Source: Candidatus Velthaea sp.
Lineage (GTDB): Bacteria; Vulcanimicrobiota; Vulcanimicrobiia; Vulcanimicrobiales; Vulcanimicrobiaceae
Reading direction: 5' to 3'
Length of the DNA stretch: 64,000 nucleotides
Assembly: GCA_965214935.1 (NCBI GenBank)
Contig: CBDCCS010000021.1
Span: forward strand, 320,001-384,000
Position 1 is the stretch's first letter, and each line of letters opens with the position of its first letter. A model generated the notes under the pieces. It had not been told where the DNA came from and searched no databases. It saw nothing but the letters and a program-made list of their open reading frames with translations. Shown here in pieces: positions 9,819-17,940 of the stretch. The position numbers and the translations under genes are program-made.

Positions 9819-10223
9819 TCAAGCCGTTGTCGTACCGGGTGAATCGTTCCGCTCGATCGCAATGAGGATCTGATTTTTTCCGCGCAACTTGATGAACGTG
9901 ATTGTTACTTCAACGGGACCGTGGACGAACGGAAAAAAATAATTAAAACGTTCGCTGACCCGTTCTTTGCTGCGCACAAACGTTTGCATGCGGCCTTGAA
10001 AAGCTTGCACGGCCGTACACGGCGCAACATCGCGAAAAAAATTCTTGCCGATGACCGCTTCGCGATCTTTACGAGCGAGACGCGCTTCGTATTGATTGTA
10101 GGCGATGATTCCGCCGGCAAGATCGACGACAATCGCGCCAAACGGCATTGTATCGAGTTGCTCGAACGGGACGTCGACTAAGCGCCAGAGACGCTCGGCT
10201 TGTTCTTGATCCATTTCATGCAT
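9819..10223 (-). CDS. pyp: Photoactive yellow protein (PYP) family PAS protein
   Basis: PFGAI, Y42-N-x-x-E46, VIGKNFFRDVAPC69T; Tyr42, Glu46 and Cys69 fall at the same residue numbers as in Halorhodospira PYP. Confidence 0.85.
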   Translation of the reverse strand: MHEMDQEQAERLWRLVDVPFEQLDTMPFGAIVVDLAGGIIAYNQYEARLARKDREAVIGKNFFRDVAPCTAVQAFQGRMQTFVRSKERVSERFNYFFPFVHGPVEVTITFIKLRGKNQILIAIERNDSPGTTTA

Positions 10224-10234
10224 ACGTCACGACG

Positions 10235-10765
10235 TTACTTCTTCAATTCCTGCAGTGCATGTAACGCATTGTCAATGTGACCGAGCGGCTCGAAATTCGA
10301 ATAACTTTCGACGATTTTGCCGTCGGGTGCAATAACGTAGGACGTGCGATTCGTGAACAGCGCCATGATGACGGCATCGTACGACCGCGCAATCTTCAAT
10401 CCCGGATCGCTCGCGACAAGAAATTTGGAGCGGCATTCCTGCGTCGAAAACTTCTTCTGTGTTTCGATCGTATCGGCGCTGATGCCGATAACGGTGGCCC
10501 CGAGCTTTTGAAAGTCGGCGATACGATCCGAAAATGCATGCGCTTCGATCGTGCAGCCGCTCGTGAACGATTTTGGAAAGAAGTACACGACGACAGGACC
10601 GCGGTCGAGAGCCGTCCTGAGACGAAAATCGGAGACCTCACCGCCGCGCGCGGCTCGAGCGGAAAAGTCGGGCGCCGGCGCTCCGGTCTTGAGTTGTGCG
10701 CCGGCACCGCCCGCACACAAAGTAAACGCCGACAGTGCGGCAAGCGCGAATGGCAACTTTTTCAC
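10235..10765 (-). CDS. BCP/PrxQ-type peroxiredoxin with signal peptide
   Basis: PKSFTSGCT (PxxxTxxC), RTSYVI; N-terminal MKKLPFALAALSAF signal peptide. Confidence 0.9.
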   Translation of the reverse strand: MKKLPFALAALSAFTLCAGGAGAQLKTGAPAPDFSARAARGGEVSDFRLRTALDRGPVVVYFFPKSFTSGCTIEAHAFSDRIADFQKLGATVIGISADTIETQKKFSTQECRSKFLVASDPGLKIARSYDAVIMALFTNRTSYVIAPDGKIVESYSNFEPLGHIDNALHALQELKK

Positions 10766-11032
10766 AACGCCTCATTTCTTATCGCTACATCGCCTACTGC
10801 TTTGACTGCCTGCAACGAACTAGCCGTCCTTCCTGCTCTGCAAGCCGTGCCCGCCGCCAAGCATCACCGTGCGCGAACCGGCAACGCAGAATAGCAATCG
10901 CGGCCCGCACGAGCGCCGAACCGTTCGAGCCGGTCCACGCTCGTGCTATTCACCCGCGATGCCGCTTGCGGTCCAAAGGTATGACCCGGGTGGCTGGGAA
11001 AAATCGGTGGTAATGCGAGGCGCCTCGGACCA

Positions 11033-11743
11033 ATGATAAGCCTTCGCGGCGTAACGCTAACGTATCCCAATGGCGTGTGTGCGCTTGACGATGTCGATCT
11101 CGACGTCGCGAAGGGTTCCTTTGTATTCTTAGTCGGCCACTCGGGTACCGGTAAGTCTACACTGCTCAAGCTGTTGTATCGCGAGATGCGGCCGTCGGCG
11201 GGGCAGGTCACCGTCGACAACGTTCGCGTCGATACGCTGCGACGATCCAAGGTAGCGGTGCTACGGCGCGATATCGGCGTTGTGTTTCAGGACTTTAAGT
11301 TGCTGTCGCATAAGACCGTGTGGGAGAACGTCGCATTTGCGTTACAAGTGACGGGCGCCAACACGCGCGACGTTCAACGACAGGTTCCGCGCTCGCTCGA
11401 TTTGGTCGGATTGTCGCATAAGAGCCGCATGTTTCCGACCGAACTCTCGGGCGGAGAGCAGCAACGCGCAGCGATCGCCCGCGCGCTGGTCAACAATCCG
11501 AAGATTCTGCTGTGCGACGAACCGACCGGAAATCTCGATCCGTCGAACACGACGGAGATCATGGAATTGCTGCAACGGATAAATCTCAAAGGCACGACGG
11601 TCGTGGTTGCGACGCACAACGCGGCGGTCGTCGATCGCATGCGCCGGCGTGTAATCCGGCTCGAAGACGGCCGTGTTTTGCATGATGACGAACGGGGCTC
11701 TTACTTTCGTGGATTGGGGCAGACTCAAGTTCTTTCTGGGTGA
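11033..11743 (+). CDS. ftsE: Cell division ATP-binding protein FtsE
   Basis: GHSGTGKST, IGVVFQDFKLL, LSGGEQQR, DEPTGNLD; followed by ftsX. Confidence 0.93.
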   Translation: MISLRGVTLTYPNGVCALDDVDLDVAKGSFVFLVGHSGTGKSTLLKLLYREMRPSAGQVTVDNVRVDTLRRSKVAVLRRDIGVVFQDFKLLSHKTVWENVAFALQVTGANTRDVQRQVPRSLDLVGLSHKSRMFPTELSGGEQQRAAIARALVNNPKILLCDEPTGNLDPSNTTEIMELLQRINLKGTTVVVATHNAAVVDRMRRRVIRLEDGRVLHDDERGSYFRGLGQTQVLSG

Positions 11744-12581
11744 AGTCGGGGCAAACTTCACTCGAAATGCAACGATGCAATTTACTGCGATCGGAACCGT
11801 CGCGGTTACTATCGTTATGCTCGGTGCGTTCCTGTATGTACGCGAGACCGTCACCTCGTTCGGCTCGGCCATGCTGTCGAAGATCGAAGTCGCCGTCTAC
11901 CTGAGCGACTCGATCGACGATGCGGCCGCGAAAAGCGTCGCGACTCGCTTTGCACGCGACCGCCGAGTGCTAGGCGCGACGTACGTTCCCAAGCGCGATG
12001 GGCTGCGTCGCATGAAGACGGTGCTCGGCGCCGATTTCGATACCTCGCTTTTGACCGCCAATCCGTTTCCGAATGCTTTCCACGTTCGCGTCCGGCGGCC
12101 GGACGAAGTGCCGGCGGTCGCTGCATCGATTGCGAGATATCCGGGCGTCGCTAAGACTGATTACGCCGCAGGCACCGTCGTAAAATTGCTTCGTATTGCG
12201 GACGTTCTGACGCGGATCGGGCTTGTCATGATCGGGTTGCTCGTTTTTACCGCGGCGATCATCATCGCCAACACGATTCGGCTCACGGTCTTTGCGCGCC
12301 GGCGGGAGATTGCCATCATGCAGCTTGTCGGTGCGACGAATATGTACATTCGCATGCCGTTTATTGCCGAAGGGATGCTGGCCGGCATCCTGGGCGCAGG
12401 TCTGGCGCTCGGCGTGCTGTTCATCGCCCGGCTCGAACTCATCCCCAAACTCGCGGCAACGTTGGCATTCGTGCCGTTCCACGTCAACGAACCTTTGCTC
12501 GCCGCCGAATGTCTCGGCGTTGGTGCAGCCGTTGGTTTTATTGCGAGCTGGTTGTCCGTCGGCAAATACCTGCGTGTGTAG
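11709..12581 (+). CDS. ftsX: Cell division permease FtsX
   Basis: One N-terminal TM, extracellular loop, NTIRLTVFARRREIAIMQLVGAT, PFIAEG; GTG 11709 chosen as start. Confidence 0.92.
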   Translation: MDWGRLKFFLGEVGANFTRNATMQFTAIGTVAVTIVMLGAFLYVRETVTSFGSAMLSKIEVAVYLSDSIDDAAAKSVATRFARDRRVLGATYVPKRDGLRRMKTVLGADFDTSLLTANPFPNAFHVRVRRPDEVPAVAASIARYPGVAKTDYAAGTVVKLLRIADVLTRIGLVMIGLLVFTAAIIIANTIRLTVFARRREIAIMQLVGATNMYIRMPFIAEGMLAGILGAGLALGVLFIARLELIPKLAATLAFVPFHVNEPLLAAECLGVGAAVGFIASWLSVGKYLRV

Positions 12582-12599
12582 TCCGGGCTCCGTCGACGT

Positions 12600-13553
12600 T
12601 TGAGCGCTACGCCGGCGTCAGCCGCTCGATATACGATTCTGGTTGTCGATGATGACCGAAATTTACGGACCGTTATTCGAACGAACCTCGAGCTTGCCGG
12701 TTATGGCGTCGTCACGGCCAACGATGCGGCCGCCGCGCTTGCATTTCTGGCCCATGAGATTCCCGATCTTATCGTGCTCGATGTGGTCCTTCCCGGCATG
12801 GACGGGTTTGAGTTGTGTCGCCGTATCCGGCGTCATCCGACCTGCGCGCACGTGCCGATCATGATGCTCACGGCGCGCGGCGAGACCGAGGATGCCGTTG
12901 CCGGTTTCGAAGCCGGCGCCGACGACTACGTCAGCAAACCGTTTTCACCCCAAGAAATGCTGGCCCGCGTTCGGGCCAAGATCCGGCGCGTGGCCGTCGA
13001 TTCTTCGCTCAACCCCTTGACGCGGCTGCCCGGAAATCTCGCAATCGAAAATGAGATTCGCCGGCGCTTCGACGGACGTTTATCGTGGGCCGTGATCTAT
13101 GTCGATCTCGATAATTTCAAGGCGTTCAACGACGTTTACGGTTTCGTGCGCGGCGACGAGGCGATCCGCTTGGTCGCCTCGACCTTGCAGAACGCGGTCC
13201 GCTTCGGCGGCGAAGACGACGACTTCGTCGGTCATATCGGCGGCGATGATTTCATTCTCGTGACGCATCCGAGCCGGGCTGAATTACTGGCACGGCAGGT
13301 GGCAACCGCGTTCGACCACGATGTCCGGGCGCTCTACGATGCGGCGGATCTCGAGCGCGGTTGGATCATGACGACGGATCGGCGCGGAGCGGTCAGCGTG
13401 TATCCGGTGATGTCGTTATCGATGGCCGTCGTTACCGACGAACGGCGCAAGATCGTCAACTACCAGCAGATCGGCGAGGTCGCGGCCGAGCTCAAACGCT
13501 TTGCCAAGAAGCAAACCGGATCGTACATCGCGACGGATAAGCGCAAGACATGA
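12600..13553 (+). CDS. Response regulator receiver-GGDEF protein (GGDDF motif)
   Basis: REC: VVDDD, DLIVLD, TA, KPF; GGDEF: NPLTRLP, DLDNFKAFND, HIGGDDF. Confidence 0.9.
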   Translation: MSATPASAARYTILVVDDDRNLRTVIRTNLELAGYGVVTANDAAAALAFLAHEIPDLIVLDVVLPGMDGFELCRRIRRHPTCAHVPIMMLTARGETEDAVAGFEAGADDYVSKPFSPQEMLARVRAKIRRVAVDSSLNPLTRLPGNLAIENEIRRRFDGRLSWAVIYVDLDNFKAFNDVYGFVRGDEAIRLVASTLQNAVRFGGEDDDFVGHIGGDDFILVTHPSRAELLARQVATAFDHDVRALYDAADLERGWIMTTDRRGAVSVYPVMSLSMAVVTDERRKIVNYQQIGEVAAELKRFAKKQTGSYIATDKRKT

Positions 13554-14752
13554 CGCGTGTCTTCGTCATGCTGTTCTTACTGCTCGCGTTGGACGTACCC
13601 GCGCCGGCCGCCGCGACCGGCGCAGTCGATCGTCAGATCGAAGAGCAGCAACGCAAAATTCATGCCGTACACGAGCGGCTCAGCGCCGAGCGCACGCATT
13701 TGATCGGCGCCCGGCTGCGCGTCGGATCGGTTGCCCAGCAACTTGCGCAGACCAATCGTACGATTTCGGGCGTCAACGACCGACTGACGGGCTTAGCGGC
13801 AAGAATGGCTTCGACGCAGCGCAAGCTGAGCTGGACGCGCGTGCAACTCGACGCGGCCCGCAAGACCGTGCAACGTCACGATAACGCACTCAAGCGCCGG
13901 CTCGTCGACGCCTACGAACATAACGACCTCGGCTATCTCGACGTCTTGCTCGCATCGCGATCGTTCGCCGATTTTATCGAACGCTGGAACGACGTCCGAT
14001 TCATCATCAAAGCGAACGAGGCGACCATTCGCGAGCGGCGCGCCGCACAAGCACGCGTCGCCGGCTACGAGTCATCGCTGGTCGGCGCGGAGTCGGCCTT
14101 GGCCGCGCAACAAGCTCAGGCGACGCAGGAGCACTCGGCTCTTGCCGCGCTAGCGACCGAACGCAGCAATTTGCTCGATGCGGCGCGGGCGGATCAAAGC
14201 AGCGCGCAAACCGAAGTCACGCAGTACGAAGAGACGACCGCCGCGGAGGAGGCCGCGCTCGAAGCCCTCATCCGGCAAAAACAAGCCGAAGAGGAAGCAC
14301 GGCGCGAAGCGGAACGGCGCGCACGCCAACTCGCGGGCGAACCGGCGGCGCCGCTCGTCGGCGCGCCCGGCAGCGTGATGTGGCCGGTCGCCGGTCCGAT
14401 CACTTCCGGATTCGGCATGCGGAACCACCCGGTCTTCGGGCGCTTTATCATGCATGCCGGTATTGACATCGCGGCAGCCCAAGGCACGACAATTGCCGCG
14501 GCGGCCGCCGGGCGAATCATCCTGGCCCAAGCCGCCGGAAATTGCGGTAATATGATCACGATCGATCACGGCGGCGGAATGGCGACGAACTACTGCCATC
14601 TCTCGCAGATCTTCGTCGGCGTCGGTCAGGATGTCCAGCGCGGGCAAGCGATCGGCGCAGTCGGCATGACGGGCGATGCAACCGGCCCGCACCTTCATTT
14701 CGAGGTGCGGATCGACGGCAAGCCGGTCGATCCTTTAGGGTACTTGCACTAA
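13550..14752 (+). CDS. Coiled-coil plus M23 peptidase (EnvC/CwlO-like FtsEX partner)
   Basis: Signal peptide, long coiled coil, HAGIDI (HxxxD) and GPHLHFEV (HxH) intact. Confidence 0.9.
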   Translation: MTRVFVMLFLLLALDVPAPAAATGAVDRQIEEQQRKIHAVHERLSAERTHLIGARLRVGSVAQQLAQTNRTISGVNDRLTGLAARMASTQRKLSWTRVQLDAARKTVQRHDNALKRRLVDAYEHNDLGYLDVLLASRSFADFIERWNDVRFIIKANEATIRERRAAQARVAGYESSLVGAESALAAQQAQATQEHSALAALATERSNLLDAARADQSSAQTEVTQYEETTAAEEAALEALIRQKQAEEEARREAERRARQLAGEPAAPLVGAPGSVMWPVAGPITSGFGMRNHPVFGRFIMHAGIDIAAAQGTTIAAAAAGRIILAQAAGNCGNMITIDHGGGMATNYCHLSQIFVGVGQDVQRGQAIGAVGMTGDATGPHLHFEVRIDGKPVDPLGYLH

Positions 14753-14878
14753 ACCTAGGTTAAGGTTTGCTTGCTCCGGGGCGATTCTCAGTCGCGCAAG
14801 GTAACGTTTGCGACGAAGGACGGGTCCAAACGGAGACAGTCTCCTGCGGCCGCCGAACACATTGAGGATCGCACCACG

Positions 14879-16291
14879 TTGTCAACCCGCTTGCGTTTTG
14901 TTTCTGCCGCCGTTATTGTCGCTATCGCTGCGCTAACCGGTGCAGCGTATATCAGCCGTGCATCCGCCGACGATGGTGCGCTCGTTTCTCAGACCGGCAC
15001 GCGTATCGCCGGCCTCGATCTCAGCCTGCTCGGCGGCTCTAGCGGCGATGCGGATCGCGATATGATCACGATGGCGTTCAACCGCGTTCAGAGCGGATAT
15101 TACAAGACGTTCGACGATCAGACGCTCATCACGGGCGAGCACAAGGCACTCGTCGACTTACTGCACGTTCGCCACATTGTGCGTCCCGCGTTACCGTCCG
15201 CACTTGCCACCGGCGATCGCGGTCGCGACCTCGCGGTCGTTCAAAACAGCGTAACGGCGGCAGCCAAGCTTTATCCGAAGGCTGCGACGCGCGATGAATA
15301 CACGCAAGTAGCGATCGCCGGTATGTTGACGTCGCTCGGCGACCCCTATACCGTCTATTTGCCGCAGCGCGAAATTAGCGCGCTCGAAGAACAACTACAA
15401 GGCGGTAATTTCGGCGGCATCGGCGTCTACATTCAGCAAGACCCGGCGACGGGAGCGATCGTTGTCGATCCCATTGAAGGCAATCCGGCGATGAAAGCCG
15501 GCGTGCGGCCGGGCGACGTCATCGTCGCAGTCGACGAACAGTCGACGCTCGGCCAGAAACTCGATGCCGTTGAAGGCTGGATTCGCGGGCCGCTGGGCAC
15601 CGCCGTGCGGTTACGCATCCGACGGCACGATACGAAAGCCACGCAGGTCGTCCGCGTGACGCGCGCCGATATTCACGTGCCGTCGGTCCGGGCTAAGATC
15701 GAGGGGAATATCGATTACGTGCGGCTGGCGGAATTCGGTCAAAGCTCGGCCGACGAAGTCCGCGCGGCACTCCTCGACGGCAAACGCCGGCACGCCCGCG
15801 GGTACATATTGGACCTGCGTAATAACGGCGGCGGCCTGCTCGATGCAGCCGTCGATATCTCGAGTCTTTTTATCCCGCAGGGCACCATCGTTTCAACGAT
15901 CGACCGGGCCGGCGAGAAAGAATCGAAGTCCGCGACCGGCCGGGCGATCGGCGTTGCACCGCTCGTGCTCCTCGTCAATAAATACACGGCGAGCGCGTCG
16001 GAGATCACTGCCGGCGCCGTGCAAGACTACCATGTCGGCACGCTCGTCGGCACGCGCACCTTCGGTAAAGGCGTCGTGCAGAGTCTCTACAATTTGCCCG
16101 ATCACAGTGCGCTCAAAATTACCACCGCGCGTTACGTTACGCCGCTCGGCCGCGACATCCATCACAAAGGCGTCGTTCCCGATGTCACGATCGACCAACG
16201 CGTCGACCTTCCCATTATCGATACGCCCAACGACAGACAGCTCGCGGCGGCGAAGTCGATCATTCTCAAGAAAGACGCAGCTACCAGATAA
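14879..16291 (+). CDS. S41A C-terminal processing protease (CtpA-like), copy 1
   Basis: DPYT, GGIG PDZ, LDLRNNGGG, TASASEI, TFGKG; TTG 14879 preceded by GAGGA. Confidence 0.9.
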   Translation: MSTRLRFVSAAVIVAIAALTGAAYISRASADDGALVSQTGTRIAGLDLSLLGGSSGDADRDMITMAFNRVQSGYYKTFDDQTLITGEHKALVDLLHVRHIVRPALPSALATGDRGRDLAVVQNSVTAAAKLYPKAATRDEYTQVAIAGMLTSLGDPYTVYLPQREISALEEQLQGGNFGGIGVYIQQDPATGAIVVDPIEGNPAMKAGVRPGDVIVAVDEQSTLGQKLDAVEGWIRGPLGTAVRLRIRRHDTKATQVVRVTRADIHVPSVRAKIEGNIDYVRLAEFGQSSADEVRAALLDGKRRHARGYILDLRNNGGGLLDAAVDISSLFIPQGTIVSTIDRAGEKESKSATGRAIGVAPLVLLVNKYTASASEITAGAVQDYHVGTLVGTRTFGKGVVQSLYNLPDHSALKITTARYVTPLGRDIHHKGVVPDVTIDQRVDLPIIDTPNDRQLAAAKSIILKKDAATR

Positions 16292-17712
16292 TGAACCGTT
16301 ACCTTCCCGCCGCATTGATTCTTTCGCTGTCACTTATGCCGGCCGCAGTCCCGGCAGCGGGCGTTCGGACTGCCGCACCGGCACTCACGCCGCAGGAAGC
16401 GAACGAGCTCATTACGAGCTACGCGCACCTAACGACGGATTACTATAAAAAGGTCGACAAACAAGCCGTCTTAGACGGCGTCCGCAATAACATCGTCACC
16501 TTTTTGCGCGCCAACGGCATAGCCAATCCGACGCTCCCCGCTTTACGCGCCAGCGACGACGATGTCGCCAACGCGCACGAACTCGAACATGAAGTTTCGA
16601 GCGCCGTTGCAACGTATGCACTGCGAGCCGGCGGCAAGAACGGCAGTAAGGCCGGGGCGACGAACATTACGTACGCGGCGATTTCCGGTGCACTTAGTTC
16701 GGTCAAAGATAAATATACCGTTTTCCTTTCGCCCAAAGACTACGCGGACATCAACGAAAGCCTCGACGGTACGAAGTTCGGCGGCGTCGGCTTAACGTAT
16801 GACATCGACGATCAAACGAAGGGCATTCACGTCCAGAACGTCATCCCGGACGGTCCGGCCGAAAAAGCCGGCGTGCTCAATGAAGATATCATCACGCAAA
16901 TTAATGGTCAGCCGGTGGCCGCTCTTGTTAGCGGAAAGCCGACCGACGTGCAAACCAAAGTCATTCAAGGGCTGTTGCGCGGTGAGCCGGGGACGAAGGT
17001 AACGTTGACCGTTAGCCGCAGCGGCGACGTTCAGACCTTCGTCGTTACACGCGCGACGATTCACTCGCCGAGCGTGCTGGGACGATTGTTGCCCAACGGA
17101 ATCGGCTGGGTTCAACTATCCGTGTTTGGAGCGGATACCGGCAAAGAACTCGACGCAGCGCTGCGCCGGCTCGATGCTCAAGGCGCGAAAGCATTCATTC
17201 TCGACTTGCGTTCCAACGGCGGCGGCTACCTTAATGCAGCCGTCGATGTAAGCTCGAAATTCATTTCGTCGGGGCCGATCGTTACGGTTGAATCGCGCGC
17301 CGGTACGGACACTGAATACGATGCACTCGATACGGCGATCGCTCCGCGTCCGTTGGCGGTTCTCGTGAATCATTACACGGCGTCGGCGTCGGAAATTACC
17401 GCCGGTGCAATTCAAGATAGTGGTGTCGGTGAGATCATCGGCACACGCACGTACGGAAAAGGCGTCGTTCAGTCGATTTTCCCGCTCGGCGACGGCTCCG
17501 CAGTGAAGATCACGACCGCGCGATATTTAACGCCGCACGGTCGTGATATCAACACGATCGGCATCGAACCTGAGATCCTTTCGGATTTGCCGAAAGACGC
17601 ACGTATCAAAGCCGGCGATCCGACGACCGACGTGCAACTCGGCGCGGCGATCACGTATCTGCAGAAGCAAATTACGGCACGCACGGGTACGGCGACAAAT
17701 CCGACGCCGTAA
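16291..17712 (+). CDS. S41A C-terminal processing protease (CtpA-like), copy 2
   Basis: Signal peptide, PDZ, LDLRSNGGG, TASASEI, TYGKG; TAATG overlap with copy 1. Confidence 0.9.
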   Translation: MNRYLPAALILSLSLMPAAVPAAGVRTAAPALTPQEANELITSYAHLTTDYYKKVDKQAVLDGVRNNIVTFLRANGIANPTLPALRASDDDVANAHELEHEVSSAVATYALRAGGKNGSKAGATNITYAAISGALSSVKDKYTVFLSPKDYADINESLDGTKFGGVGLTYDIDDQTKGIHVQNVIPDGPAEKAGVLNEDIITQINGQPVAALVSGKPTDVQTKVIQGLLRGEPGTKVTLTVSRSGDVQTFVVTRATIHSPSVLGRLLPNGIGWVQLSVFGADTGKELDAALRRLDAQGAKAFILDLRSNGGGYLNAAVDVSSKFISSGPIVTVESRAGTDTEYDALDTAIAPRPLAVLVNHYTASASEITAGAIQDSGVGEIIGTRTYGKGVVQSIFPLGDGSAVKITTARYLTPHGRDINTIGIEPEILSDLPKDARIKAGDPTTDVQLGAAITYLQKQITARTGTATNPTP

Positions 17713-17744
17713 TACCGATTGTCCGGCTCGCTAACTCCTAACGA

Positions 17745-17785
17745 ATAACGCCGTCTCGATCTCGGCAAACGAGACGAACGGCGTT
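17745..17785. terminator. Stem-loop between convergent ctp and rne genes (possible terminator)
   Basis: TAACGCCGT...ACGGCGTTA inverted repeat with inner CTCG/CGAG pairing; no strong U-tract. Confidence 0.3.
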
Positions 17786-17940
17786 ACGTGAATCCCGACC
17801 TTGCGGCAATACGCGTCGAGCGAACGACCGCGCTCGGCAAATACCGGGACATCGGCAACCCGAACGTCTTACTGCCACATCGATGATCGAGCGTATCGAG
17901 ATTGGTGGTCGTGCCGTCGCAAGCGACCGACACGCTTACC

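Noticed and set aside
10917..10928. Second SOS box (CGAACCGTTCG)
   Set aside because: Spacer of 1 nt rather than 4 between GAAC and GTTC.
13090..13260. Hypr-type (cGAMP-forming) GGDEF
   Set aside because: The guanine-specifying Asp appears retained (RGDEAI) rather than replaced by Ser.
14752..14844. Short palindromes AACCTAGGTT and GGAGAC-A-GTCTCC upstream of the first ctp gene
   Set aside because: Too short and single-copy to support a regulatory call.
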